Below are positions 1 through 9,258 of a stretch of DNA of 64,000 nt, in pieces. Where the stretch lies: positions 38,424 to 102,423 of the IMG/VR virus record IMGVR_UViG_3300046820_000088, one strand, 5' to 3'. A program made the position numbers and the translations under genes. Position 1 is the first letter of the stretch. The number at the start of each line of letters is the position of its first letter. The notes beneath the pieces are model-generated. The model was not told where the DNA came from. It saw only the letters and a list, made by a program, of their open reading frames with translations, and made no database searches. The DNA is from a virus.

Positions 1-1
1 C

Positions 2-274
2 ACATATCGTATACAGGCAAGATGTAATGTTGCTAACAACTCCGGCGGTACTGCAAATGTTATTACATTTACAGTCAGTTGGATTGACAACTATGTTGAC
101 TCCGGCCCAGCAACATCGGAAAATCCTGCTCCGGGCGATCTAGTTGATGGTACATTAACATTAGATGTTGACCAAATACGTGCAACTGGTACACTGCAAC
201 CAGCTCCTGCTACCGGTCCATTTACTATTTCTGGACCATCTGGTTACACAATCTCTGCAATCTCCGGAACTTAA
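2..274 (+). CDS. C-terminal part of a probable virion structural protein (5' truncated by window)
   Basis: Open frame from base 2 to TAA at 272-274 (TYRIQARCNVANNSGGTANVITFTVSWIDNY...TISAISGT); T/G/S-rich, beta-strand-like composition. Confidence 0.65.
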   Translation, partial: TYRIQARCNVANNSGGTANVITFTVSWIDNYVDSGPATSENPAPGDLVDGTLTLDVDQIRATGTLQPAPATGPFTISGPSGYTISAISGT

Positions 275-297
275 AATTTAACTCCTATTAAGTACCA

Positions 298-305
298 CAT
301 AAATA
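298..305 (+). promoter_or_regulatory. T4-like late promoter (CATAAATA)
   Basis: TAAATA motif upstream of AGGAG RBS and ORF 331. Confidence 0.55.
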
Positions 306-330
306 ATGTGCGTATTTAATAGGAGATCTC

Positions 331-681
331 ATGGACGAACGTCTACAAAAAGCCTTAGAATTTTCTAACTACAGGCAAACACTCTCAATCCAACGTAAGC
401 AACTTAAAGAAAAGATTGACGCTAGATTAACCTACGGATTTAACGGCGGTATCTTTAAGATTGATAGATCTCTGTTAACATTTGTACAGATGTTATTAGA
501 TCAAGGCAGAGCAACAGATGTTCCGTTGTTAGATTCTAATGAGAATCCAATATTGATTAATAATCTTGAAGCATTTAGGGATGAAATATTGGATAGATAT
601 TTTACATCAACGTATGAATATTACGAAGAATATCAAAAACTAAAACAGAGCAGGTCTGTTGAAAAGTTACTAGATTTATGA
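331..681 (+). CDS. hypothetical phage protein
   Basis: AGGAG RBS; ATGA overlap with next gene. Confidence 0.8.
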   Translation: MDERLQKALEFSNYRQTLSIQRKQLKEKIDARLTYGFNGGIFKIDRSLLTFVQMLLDQGRATDVPLLDSNENPILINNLEAFRDEILDRYFTSTYEYYEEYQKLKQSRSVEKLLDL

Positions 682-1541
682 ACAAAGGTGTATTAATATT
701 TGCTCATAACAATCCTAACATTGATTATGGTCTAATGGCGATTATTGCCGGAGGGCTTGCTAAGAAAAACTTAGGAGTTCCTGTGTCTGTTATTACGGAC
801 AAGTGGACAATCTCTTGGCTAAAAGAAACAGGTATGTACGACAAAGCTGTTGAGGTGTTTGATAAAATAATAGAAGTTGAAAAGCCTGTTACAAAGAATA
901 CTCGAAAGTTACACGACGGTTTTGACAGCAAGATTGTTCCATTTGAAAACTCTAACAGATATTCAGTATATGATTTAAGCCCTTATGATAAAACACTTAT
1001 GATTGACAGTGATTATCTAATCTTCACTGATACACTAAATGAGTATTGGGATGTTGATGCAAGTGTTATGATGAGCGAATCGATGAATGATATTATAGGA
1101 GATCGCGTAGGTATCCTTGACAAGCGTGTATCCGAAACAGGTATTCATATGTTTTGGGCCACAACTGTGATGTTTACAAAGAATGAAGAGAGTCGGTTCT
1201 TCTTTAAGCTAGTTGACTTTATTAAAGACAACTATAGATACTATGCAGATTTGTTTAGATTTAATCCTAAACAATATAGAAACGATATTGCGTTTAGTAT
1301 TGCAAAACATTTAATGAATGGTTTTGAAACTGAGTTTGTCTATACCTTACCGCCTGTGCTAACAGTTTCTGATAAAGATATGCTTCACTTAGTTAAAGAT
1401 AACGGCGACTTGATATTTTTATTAGATCAGCCACTCGATTGCGGCAGCTTTTGGTCGTCGGTTACACGTTCGGCAGATATACATGTAATCAATAAACAAA
1501 GTATCATTAGACATTCTAAACCTCTATTGGAGTTGATATGA
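678..1541 (+). CDS. GT-A fold glycosyltransferase-like protein
   Basis: LSPYDKTLMIDSDYLIF DxD motif; RNDIAFSIA motif. Confidence 0.7.
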   Translation: MNKGVLIFAHNNPNIDYGLMAIIAGGLAKKNLGVPVSVITDKWTISWLKETGMYDKAVEVFDKIIEVEKPVTKNTRKLHDGFDSKIVPFENSNRYSVYDLSPYDKTLMIDSDYLIFTDTLNEYWDVDASVMMSESMNDIIGDRVGILDKRVSETGIHMFWATTVMFTKNEESRFFFKLVDFIKDNYRYYADLFRFNPKQYRNDIAFSIAKHLMNGFETEFVYTLPPVLTVSDKDMLHLVKDNGDLIFLLDQPLDCGSFWSSVTRSADIHVINKQSIIRHSKPLLELI

Positions 1542-2380
1542 ACTTTGGGTACCTAATAGTTGTATCGTCAAACTCTGAAGTGGACTATCTCAAGTTAGCC
1601 TATGCTGCCGCATTGAGTATCAAGAATACACAAAAAGAAGGTTACGATAAGGTAGCGCTGGTCATCGATGACAACTCCAAACTATCTGATATAAAGAGTC
1701 CTTGGGTATTTGATCACGTTATTGAATGGAGTCAGGAAACATTTTGGGATGGCCGTAGTTGGATGGATCAGCTAAGTCCTTTCGAATACACAGTCTGTAT
1801 TGACGCAGATATGTTGTTCTTAAGAGATTACAGCCATTGGATAGATTATTTTATTGAAAACTCTGAGTTGTATGTTGCTAATAAAGCATACACCTTCCGA
1901 GGCGAAGTTATCACAAATGACTTTTATAGAAAAGCATTTACTAAAAATGATTTGCCTAATCTTTATTCAATGTTTACGTTCTTTAAAAAGGATGCAGCAA
2001 TTGTTAACGAGTTCTTTTCTTTAGGGAGATATATTGTTAAAAATCAAACAGAGTTTTCTAACTTGTTTTTAACAGCACACAAGCCAAAGATTATTGGAAC
2101 AGATGAAGCATTTGCATTGTCTGCAAAGTTGTTAGATATTACAGATGAGATTGCATATACTTTAGATTTTCCTAAACTAGTACATATGAAACCTATGGTA
2201 CAAAACTGGCCATGGCCTGCTGATCGAGTTACTGACCATGCAGGGTTTTACCTGTCAACAAATGGAAAGTTGAAGATAGGAAACTATCAACAACACGACA
2301 TTATTCATTATGTTGAAAAAGATATTATAACTGATGAGCTAGTTAGTATGTTAGAGGAGTTAGCATGGCACAAGAAATAA
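1538..2380 (+). CDS. GT-A fold glycosyltransferase-like protein (paralog of 678-1541)
   Basis: LSPFEYTVCIDADMLFL DxD motif; GTDEAFALS; LVHMKP. Confidence 0.7.
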   Translation: MNFGYLIVVSSNSEVDYLKLAYAAALSIKNTQKEGYDKVALVIDDNSKLSDIKSPWVFDHVIEWSQETFWDGRSWMDQLSPFEYTVCIDADMLFLRDYSHWIDYFIENSELYVANKAYTFRGEVITNDFYRKAFTKNDLPNLYSMFTFFKKDAAIVNEFFSLGRYIVKNQTEFSNLFLTAHKPKIIGTDEAFALSAKLLDITDEIAYTLDFPKLVHMKPMVQNWPWPADRVTDHAGFYLSTNGKLKIGNYQQHDIIHYVEKDIITDELVSMLEELAWHKK

Positions 2381-2949
2381 AAGACTTCGATGAGTGGCTA
2401 GCAACATTTCAGGCTCCAACAGTTGAGTACTTTTTTTCTTACGACGAGGAAGGAAAGGTAACGGCATTATATTCTACATTTAATGTAGGAGATTTGACTA
2501 ATATAGTAAAAGTTGATACTGAAGTTGCAGACGCAATCAACTCTGGATTAGAAACACTATTTTCCTATCGTGTAGATATTCGAACAAAGCAGTTGATAAA
2601 GATCAATAGATTTTTAACTCACGGACTTGTTAAGATTGACGATGTATTACATAGAGTAGTTGATAAAAAATGGTCAACAATAGATGATCCTGACCTTAAC
2701 ATCGTATATGATTCTGTAAGCAGTCAACTATCATTTGAGATCAACAAAAAATATAACTCTACCTACTGGGCAGGGGAAACTGAAATGATATTTTTAATCA
2801 CTGCCTATAACGATCCGAATCAGTTAAACGATATGATAAGTGTGAACGTTGCTGATTTATCAAAGAAAACATTTAAAATAACACCGCCTAAAAAGTTTAG
2901 CATTTATACTCGCAGAATCTTTGAGAACTACGTATTTGAAACATTATGA
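2365..2949 (+). CDS. hypothetical protein in glycosyltransferase operon
   Basis: GAGGAG RBS, overlaps both neighbours. Confidence 0.75.
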   Translation: MAQEIKDFDEWLATFQAPTVEYFFSYDEEGKVTALYSTFNVGDLTNIVKVDTEVADAINSGLETLFSYRVDIRTKQLIKINRFLTHGLVKIDDVLHRVVDKKWSTIDDPDLNIVYDSVSSQLSFEINKKYNSTYWAGETEMIFLITAYNDPNQLNDMISVNVADLSKKTFKITPPKKFSIYTRRIFENYVFETL

Positions 2950-3824
2950 AAACAGTTGAACTAGATATTGTATTTTTAAGTTACGATGAGCCCAACGCTG
3001 ATCTACACTACGCTGACCTATGTAATAAAGTACCATGGGCAAAACGTGTACACGGAGTCAAAGGAAGTGATCACGCACATAAAGCTGCCGCAGAGCTCAG
3101 TGAAACTGAATGGTTGATCACAGTTGATGCTGACAACATTGTTGATTCTAGATTCTTTAATCTTGATATAGACACATCAAATCCGAAAGTTGAAGTTTTT
3201 AGTTGGCTTGCAAGAAACAAGATTAACGGTCTTCTGTACGGAAATGGTGGATTAAAAATCTGGAAAAAAGACTTTATCCTTAACATGAAAAGTCATGAAG
3301 CTAGTGACAGCGAACGTGCTCAAGTTGACTTCTGTTGGGAAGATGGTTATGTACAGTTTAAAGATTGTTATAGCGAAACAGTTATAACAGGCAGTCCTTT
3401 CCAAGCATGGCGTGCAGGATTCCGTGAAGGCGTTAAGATGACCTTGCTCGACGGAATTAAAGTTCCTCCTCAAGAAATCAAAGAACGTATCTGGTGGCAT
3501 AATCTTCATAGACTAAAAATGTGGTCAACTGTTGGCGCTCATGAAGAAAACGGAAAGTATGCGATCCTTGGAGCACGCATGGGAACATGGATGACCAACT
3601 GTACAGATTGGAACTATGTAGATGTGCGTGACTTTGAAGTGTTAAAAAACATTTATGAACAAAATGTCAATCATACTTTCTTAGAACAGGACGCACAAGA
3701 TCTAGGAGTCAAAATTAAACAACAACTGGGTTTAGATTGGCCTTGGCTAGATGAAAAACAAAGTCAATATACATTAGACTTATACGAAGAAACAATCAAA
3801 CTCACAAACACATACCTAAGATGA
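2946..3824 (+). CDS. GT-A/GT2-like glycosyltransferase
   Basis: DIVFLSYDEPNAD, RVHGVKG, ITVDADN DxD, YGNGGLK. Confidence 0.7.
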   Translation: MKTVELDIVFLSYDEPNADLHYADLCNKVPWAKRVHGVKGSDHAHKAAAELSETEWLITVDADNIVDSRFFNLDIDTSNPKVEVFSWLARNKINGLLYGNGGLKIWKKDFILNMKSHEASDSERAQVDFCWEDGYVQFKDCYSETVITGSPFQAWRAGFREGVKMTLLDGIKVPPQEIKERIWWHNLHRLKMWSTVGAHEENGKYAILGARMGTWMTNCTDWNYVDVRDFEVLKNIYEQNVNHTFLEQDAQDLGVKIKQQLGLDWPWLDEKQSQYTLDLYEETIKLTNTYLR

Positions 3825-5473
3825 TTTATGATATCTTTTATGCTTCGAGGTCGTCTATAGACTCTGATGACTGGAATCAGTTTCATTCTAGATTTCCGTC
3901 TTCTCAAAAAATAGAAAATGTAAAAACATTTGCCGATATAAAGAAGAAAGCATTTACTAAGTTCTTTTGGGTAGTTTGGAACGATTTAACAATATCACCC
4001 GAGTTTGATTTTAGTTACAGGGTTCCTAAGTGGGACGAAGAGTACATACATATTTGGAAAAATGCAGAATATTTTGACGGGGTGTGTTTATTTTCTAAAG
4101 GAAATACTTTTTCTCAAAGAGAGTTTGACACACGATTCTTTGTTAATAACAAAAAAGAAATAGATGAAGTTGCTAGCTACCCAAAAGCATTTGAAATAGT
4201 AACCATCGATACCTATGAAGAATATCTAGAAACTATTGAGTCTGCAAAGACAAACATGTTCTGGATAGTTTGGAACGATCTAATGCCGTTAGACAGTTTT
4301 AAGTTTGATTTTCAGGTACCTTTTTATAATCAACATATTCCTCACATTTTTAAAAATGGAGAGTTTTTTGACGGTATTGTATTATTGTCTAAAACTAAAC
4401 CAGTTTCTAAAAAAGAGTTTGTACATAGATTTTTTATCAATAAAAAAGAAATCAATATACTGGCAAGCGTTCCAAAACAATATGAACAGTTTTCTTTAGA
4501 ATATTATGAAGACTATCTAGAAGCCAAAGAAAAGTCAAAGACTGAACTTTTCTATTTGGTACCTGAAGAAGTTGAAGTTAAAGATAACTTTAAGTTTGAT
4601 TTATATTTCAGCCATCATAATAGTTACGAGCGTAAGATAAATCACGTATTTAAAAATCAAGATATCGATGAAGACAAGTACAATGGTATAATGCTGTTGT
4701 CAAAATCTAGTGAACTTAGTAAGAGAGAGATTGATTTTAGATATCTGATCGAGAAGAAAGAATACGATGTTGTAGCAAGTACACTAAAGTATTACGACAT
4801 TATTTTTATCAGTTACAATGAGCCAAATGCTGACGAAAGCTATAAAACACTTTTAAAACGCTTTCCTGGGGCAAAACGTGTACACGGAGTCAAAGGTATA
4901 CATCAAGCGCATATAGAAGCTGCAAAGCTGTCTAAGACGCCAATGTTTTGGGTAGTAGATGCCGATGCAACTATTGTTGACGATTTTAACTTTGATTTGC
5001 GTTTGCACAAGTATGACAGAGACATTGTTCATATTTGGCACAGCCGTAATCCTGTCAACGATTTGGAATACGGATATGGCGGAGTTAAACTACTTCCAAA
5101 ATATCTAGCGTTATCTATGAGCACTGATACTGTAGACATGACAACATCTATCAGCAAAAAGATTAGAATAATGCCTACAGTTAGTAACTATACATCGTTT
5201 AATACTGATCCTTTCAGTACCTGGAAATCAGCATTTAGAGAATGTGTAAAACTTGCTAGCCGAGCTATTGATAGAGATTATCAAGCAGAGACTGAATCTA
5301 GATTAAGAACTTGGTGTACAGTTGGATCCGATAAACCATTTGGCAGCTATGCTATTGCCGGAGCAATAGCAGGAGCCAAATACGGATATAACAATATTAC
5401 TGATCCCGAAGCCTTGTCTAAGATTAACAACTTTGAATGGTTGTTAGAACAATATCAGTTGTCAATAAACTGA
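3821..5473 (+). CDS. glycosyltransferase-like protein with three degenerate N-terminal repeats and a C-terminal GT-A domain
   Basis: C-term DIIFISYNEPNAD...FWVVDAD...YGYGGVKL paralogous to 2946-3824; repeats FWVVWNDL/FWIVWNDL/FYLVPEEV. Confidence 0.7.
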   Translation: MIYDIFYASRSSIDSDDWNQFHSRFPSSQKIENVKTFADIKKKAFTKFFWVVWNDLTISPEFDFSYRVPKWDEEYIHIWKNAEYFDGVCLFSKGNTFSQREFDTRFFVNNKKEIDEVASYPKAFEIVTIDTYEEYLETIESAKTNMFWIVWNDLMPLDSFKFDFQVPFYNQHIPHIFKNGEFFDGIVLLSKTKPVSKKEFVHRFFINKKEINILASVPKQYEQFSLEYYEDYLEAKEKSKTELFYLVPEEVEVKDNFKFDLYFSHHNSYERKINHVFKNQDIDEDKYNGIMLLSKSSELSKREIDFRYLIEKKEYDVVASTLKYYDIIFISYNEPNADESYKTLLKRFPGAKRVHGVKGIHQAHIEAAKLSKTPMFWVVDADATIVDDFNFDLRLHKYDRDIVHIWHSRNPVNDLEYGYGGVKLLPKYLALSMSTDTVDMTTSISKKIRIMPTVSNYTSFNTDPFSTWKSAFRECVKLASRAIDRDYQAETESRLRTWCTVGSDKPFGSYAIAGAIAGAKYGYNNITDPEALSKINNFEWLLEQYQLSIN

Positions 5474-6702
5474 TCCCAGTTATCCTTATTAGGTCTTGGG
5501 TTATCTTTGTGAGACCAGATTTTGTCTATCTGACTATTTTCGCCACAGGTGTTTGCACAGAACATAAGTTTATTAGCACCTGTTTGATTCCAAGAATCGG
5601 CAAACACTCTGTTTAAGTGTCCTGCTTCTAATATTTCTTCTAAAGAATAGTTATTAAGATTAAAATATTGATTGCCGTAATCCTGTAGTTTTTTCTTTAG
5701 TTGTACGATTTCCGGAGTTGAATGTGTAGTTTCGATGTTAGTTCCGACATAGCAACACGGACTTACTCTTCCGGCTGAACTAACATATATTTCTCTACCG
5801 CCTCCCCAGGTTTCGGACTTGCATGAAATGTTTTTACAATCTGTATCTGTATAATCGATTTCGCGCTCTTTGAAAGATTTACCGTCAAACTTGTCAACAA
5901 GCTCGTTGTGCGGATCTAATACAGCATATTTGTAAAACTTGATTACTGATGGTTCAATATGGTCGAACCTTGGGATTGGATCTTTTGCAATATCGAAGTT
6001 TCTGTTATCAAGCTCAGTAGGTGGTTCTAACCAATACTTGAACTCTCCTTCTTTTCCTAGTGCTGCTACTTTGACTAGTTTTCCTTCGTTGTTAAATCCC
6101 AATGCTTTTTTAGGAGCAAAGGTTGCAAATCCAAGTTCTATGGATAAGTTCTTGGCTTCTTGGATCTGATGTTCGTTGTGACGAAATATTAAAAAGTCCC
6201 ACTCAGCCTTTCCTCCTGCATTAATAAATGCTTTGGAGTTTTTCATTAAAGTGTTCCAGTTTACATTTCTTCTGTAAAGATGGTTGGTATCTTCTAGACC
6301 ATCGATAGAAAATATAACTTTAAATCTTCGATTAAAACTGTTGGCTGAAAGATGTCCTAATCTAGTCCAATCCTTTTCTCCCCTCATCCCACCGTTAGTA
6401 TTAACAGTGATGTTAACCGTAGGATTGATTGTAAGAATGTGTTCAATGATATTGATAGCATCCTTTGCCATCATAGGATCACCGACAGTACCGCAGAATA
6501 TCCAATGATTAGTTTTCTTAACAATATCGTCAGAGAACCACTCTTTAAACTGTTCGAGAGTTATTTGATTTAACTCTATATCTGGTCGGAGTATTTCTGT
6601 GCCTTCGTAGTATCTAGGACATAGGGGACATGCAGCATTACAATAACTTGAAAGCTCGCAGTGTATTTGAAATAACTTTTCTTTAATCCAAAAATCTGTC
6701 AT
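5455..6702 (-). CDS. radical SAM protein with C-terminal SPASM/twitch Cys cluster
   Basis: CNAACPLC (CX3CX2C), FCGTVGDP, SIDG, VSPCC, C-terminal CANTC. Confidence 0.9.
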   Translation of the reverse strand: MTDFWIKEKLFQIHCELSSYCNAACPLCPRYYEGTEILRPDIELNQITLEQFKEWFSDDIVKKTNHWIFCGTVGDPMMAKDAINIIEHILTINPTVNITVNTNGGMRGEKDWTRLGHLSANSFNRRFKVIFSIDGLEDTNHLYRRNVNWNTLMKNSKAFINAGGKAEWDFLIFRHNEHQIQEAKNLSIELGFATFAPKKALGFNNEGKLVKVAALGKEGEFKYWLEPPTELDNRNFDIAKDPIPRFDHIEPSVIKFYKYAVLDPHNELVDKFDGKSFKEREIDYTDTDCKNISCKSETWGGGREIYVSSAGRVSPCCYVGTNIETTHSTPEIVQLKKKLQDYGNQYFNLNNYSLEEILEAGHLNRVFADSWNQTGANKLMFCANTCGENSQIDKIWSHKDNPRPNKDNWDQFIDN

Positions 6703-7874
6703 TTGTATTTTTTAATAAGTTCGCCGAACTCTTTGAATGTTTCGTAATAGTTTTCTTTTCGATAAGCATCATGTATATCGATCTGTTCTTTGAACTTATT
6801 CCAACGCCAGTCTGTAAATGTCCCGTCTTGAACAAACTTTATAATACCGGGAATCTGATGCCATTCTCTTTCAAACTTTTTATCGATGCTTTCTAGTTTT
6901 TTACATATTGCTTCTTTTATCTCATCTGGAAAGATATTAGAACAATAGTAGTCTGGATAGTGTACAAGATTTAGATATATATGCCAGTTTTCTTTTTCAA
7001 AGAATTCTAAAAACTCAGGCACATAGTAGACGTTCAATGCACTGATGGTATGACATATTCCGAATAAAATATTGTCTCGACCTTTAGCCCATTCTCTAGC
7101 TTTTTGCATATTTGCATATACTTCGTTCCACTTTGCAGGATGTCTCATAAATTCAAACTGTAGACCAATACCATCGATGCTGAAGCCAATATCGACAAAC
7201 TTGAAATGATCAAACAACTTAATATGTTCTTCATTCCATTGAGTTCCGTTGGTATTGTAGTGTAGAGTTTGATTCTTGCTCCAGCCGTTAGCTACAGACT
7301 TTTCAATAAACTCCCACTGCTGTTTTATAAGCCAAGGTTCTCCTCCGTAGAAATCTATTTGAATAACATCTTTACCGATGTCCTCTATTTCTGACCACAG
7401 CTTGCTTTCTTTTTCCCAGCTATCGTTATATATTTTAGCATTGATGAGATATTCTTTCTTTGGTAGCTTAACACCTTCGATCATTGTGTCGTAATATTCG
7501 TTAAGCCATAGGCTGCTGCTATATGGGTGACAAGTTCTGCATTTAATATTGCAGGTGTTGCCCATGTTTAGTTCTAGTGTTTTAATACCGTCTGTTTCTG
7601 CAAAGTCAAACTTTGCATTGTCTCGGATTCGTTTACTATCACGCCCGGCATCTTCTTCGTTCCAGCACTTAATACACGCAGGATGTCTTTCACCTTTTTT
7701 AAACGCCTCCCTAACATCTTCCATATAGGGATCTTTCCATAACTCTGTTAGTGTATGATCAACGACTCTATTTTTAGATGATCCGTCAATCATACAACAG
7801 TGTTTTATAGACCCCGTTGAATTTATGCTAAGATTATGAAATGCATTGACACAATAAAACTTTTTATTTTCCAT
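6699..7874 (-). CDS. radical SAM protein with N-terminal twitch domain
   Basis: CNIKCRTC, GGEP, SIDG; N-term CVNAF...KHCC...CIKC; start moved to MENKK. Confidence 0.9.
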   Translation of the reverse strand: MENKKFYCVNAFHNLSINSTGSIKHCCMIDGSSKNRVVDHTLTELWKDPYMEDVREAFKKGERHPACIKCWNEEDAGRDSKRIRDNAKFDFAETDGIKTLELNMGNTCNIKCRTCHPYSSSLWLNEYYDTMIEGVKLPKKEYLINAKIYNDSWEKESKLWSEIEDIGKDVIQIDFYGGEPWLIKQQWEFIEKSVANGWSKNQTLHYNTNGTQWNEEHIKLFDHFKFVDIGFSIDGIGLQFEFMRHPAKWNEVYANMQKAREWAKGRDNILFGICHTISALNVYYVPEFLEFFEKENWHIYLNLVHYPDYYCSNIFPDEIKEAICKKLESIDKKFEREWHQIPGIIKFVQDGTFTDWRWNKFKEQIDIHDAYRKENYYETFKEFGELIKKYK

Positions 7875-9258
7875 AGTTCTCGTACTCTGTTTTACATATA
7901 GCCATAAACTCACTATACTCTGGAAATAGGGTGTGAAAGTCTGTTCCTAATCTTTTGTCGTTTTCTGTAAAGAAACTATAGAAGTCTCTGCGTCCTTGTT
8001 TAATCTTTTCGTCGCTGACTGGATTTTCTCTCATGTAATCTACTACACGCTTGAACACTTCGTACTCTAGTTCGTTAAATCCTACAGCTAGTCCATTAGA
8101 CATCATGTTGTCTTTGATAAACTGTAGATTATCTGACATGTACTGATTGAAGCTTTCTGGTAAGATATTGATCATCCAGTGTGGAGGTTCTTTTAAGTAC
8201 GGAGTATCGAACTGCACACGTTGATGCCACGGAGTTCCTGGATAGTCTCTTCTAAGTTCTAAGATCTTTTCCAACAGTGTTCTAAAGTTTGCAACTGTTA
8301 GTACATTAAAGGTAATCATAAAACTGATATCTTGTTGAGGAAGATTATCTAGATAGTATCTAAGATTCTTTTCCCAAAGAACAATGTCTAACCCAGTGCG
8401 AATATATTCGGCTTGTGGCCCCCAGGTGTCGATACTGGTATACAACTTAAACCCTTTGATGGCTTTTTTCTCTAATAACACCTTAACATGATCAACTAGT
8501 TTTTGTACAAGTCTGTGTGTTACTCCTAGATTACTGTTAAGATGAATTTCTAAGTGCGGACTAGGATCGTTTTCCAACATCTCTAACATCTTAAATGTAT
8601 TCGGATTCATCAACGGCTCTCCGCCTGTGATACGGAACACACGTAGATCTTTCTTAAGACTAGGCCACCATTCCCAGAATGCATCTACATAGGGATTGGG
8701 GTCATCTTTATTAAAAAATTCGCTGTAATTTAAAAAATCGATACCATACTGATTGTATGTTAGATCGTAGTTGCCGTGTCTCTTTACTTCTTCCATCCAA
8801 CTACTAGATGCCTGAGGGCAGCAATATCCACATCTAAAGTTACAACCGTTTCCGAAACTAACTTCGAGATGTCTAGGATTCCAATCGGCTTCCCAACCAC
8901 CGGCAACAATATCGTCGATTGTAGAGTCGATATAGTTAGAACTGTGCTTCATGCGATCACTAATATGCTCGCCCGGCAAGTCTTCAATATTCCAGCAATA
9001 ATAACATTCTTGAGGTCTGCCACCCTCCATCATTTCTTTACGTTGTTGTTTTTTCCAAGGTGTATTATGTAATGCACTAGGATTGTCTTTCAGCAACGTT
9101 TTGTCAATTTTGTGTGGCCGTGGATGATAGCAGCTATGATTATCTCCCATGTGAAGATATAGCGTTTCCATATTCCATTTTGCTAGACAAAATCCTTTGC
9201 CTACTTTGTTTAACTGGTCTCGTGTATCCTGTATAATCTCGATGTATTTTCTTGTCAT
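7864..9258 (-). CDS. radical SAM protein with N-terminal twitch-like domain
   Basis: CNFRCGYC, TGGEPL, SIDT; N-term CLAKW...HSCYH...ECYYCW. Confidence 0.9.
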   Translation of the reverse strand: MTRKYIEIIQDTRDQLNKVGKGFCLAKWNMETLYLHMGDNHSCYHPRPHKIDKTLLKDNPSALHNTPWKKQQRKEMMEGGRPQECYYCWNIEDLPGEHISDRMKHSSNYIDSTIDDIVAGGWEADWNPRHLEVSFGNGCNFRCGYCCPQASSSWMEEVKRHGNYDLTYNQYGIDFLNYSEFFNKDDPNPYVDAFWEWWPSLKKDLRVFRITGGEPLMNPNTFKMLEMLENDPSPHLEIHLNSNLGVTHRLVQKLVDHVKVLLEKKAIKGFKLYTSIDTWGPQAEYIRTGLDIVLWEKNLRYYLDNLPQQDISFMITFNVLTVANFRTLLEKILELRRDYPGTPWHQRVQFDTPYLKEPPHWMINILPESFNQYMSDNLQFIKDNMMSNGLAVGFNELEYEVFKRVVDYMRENPVSDEKIKQGRRDFYSFFTENDKRLGTDFHTLFPEYSEFMAICKTEYENYGK

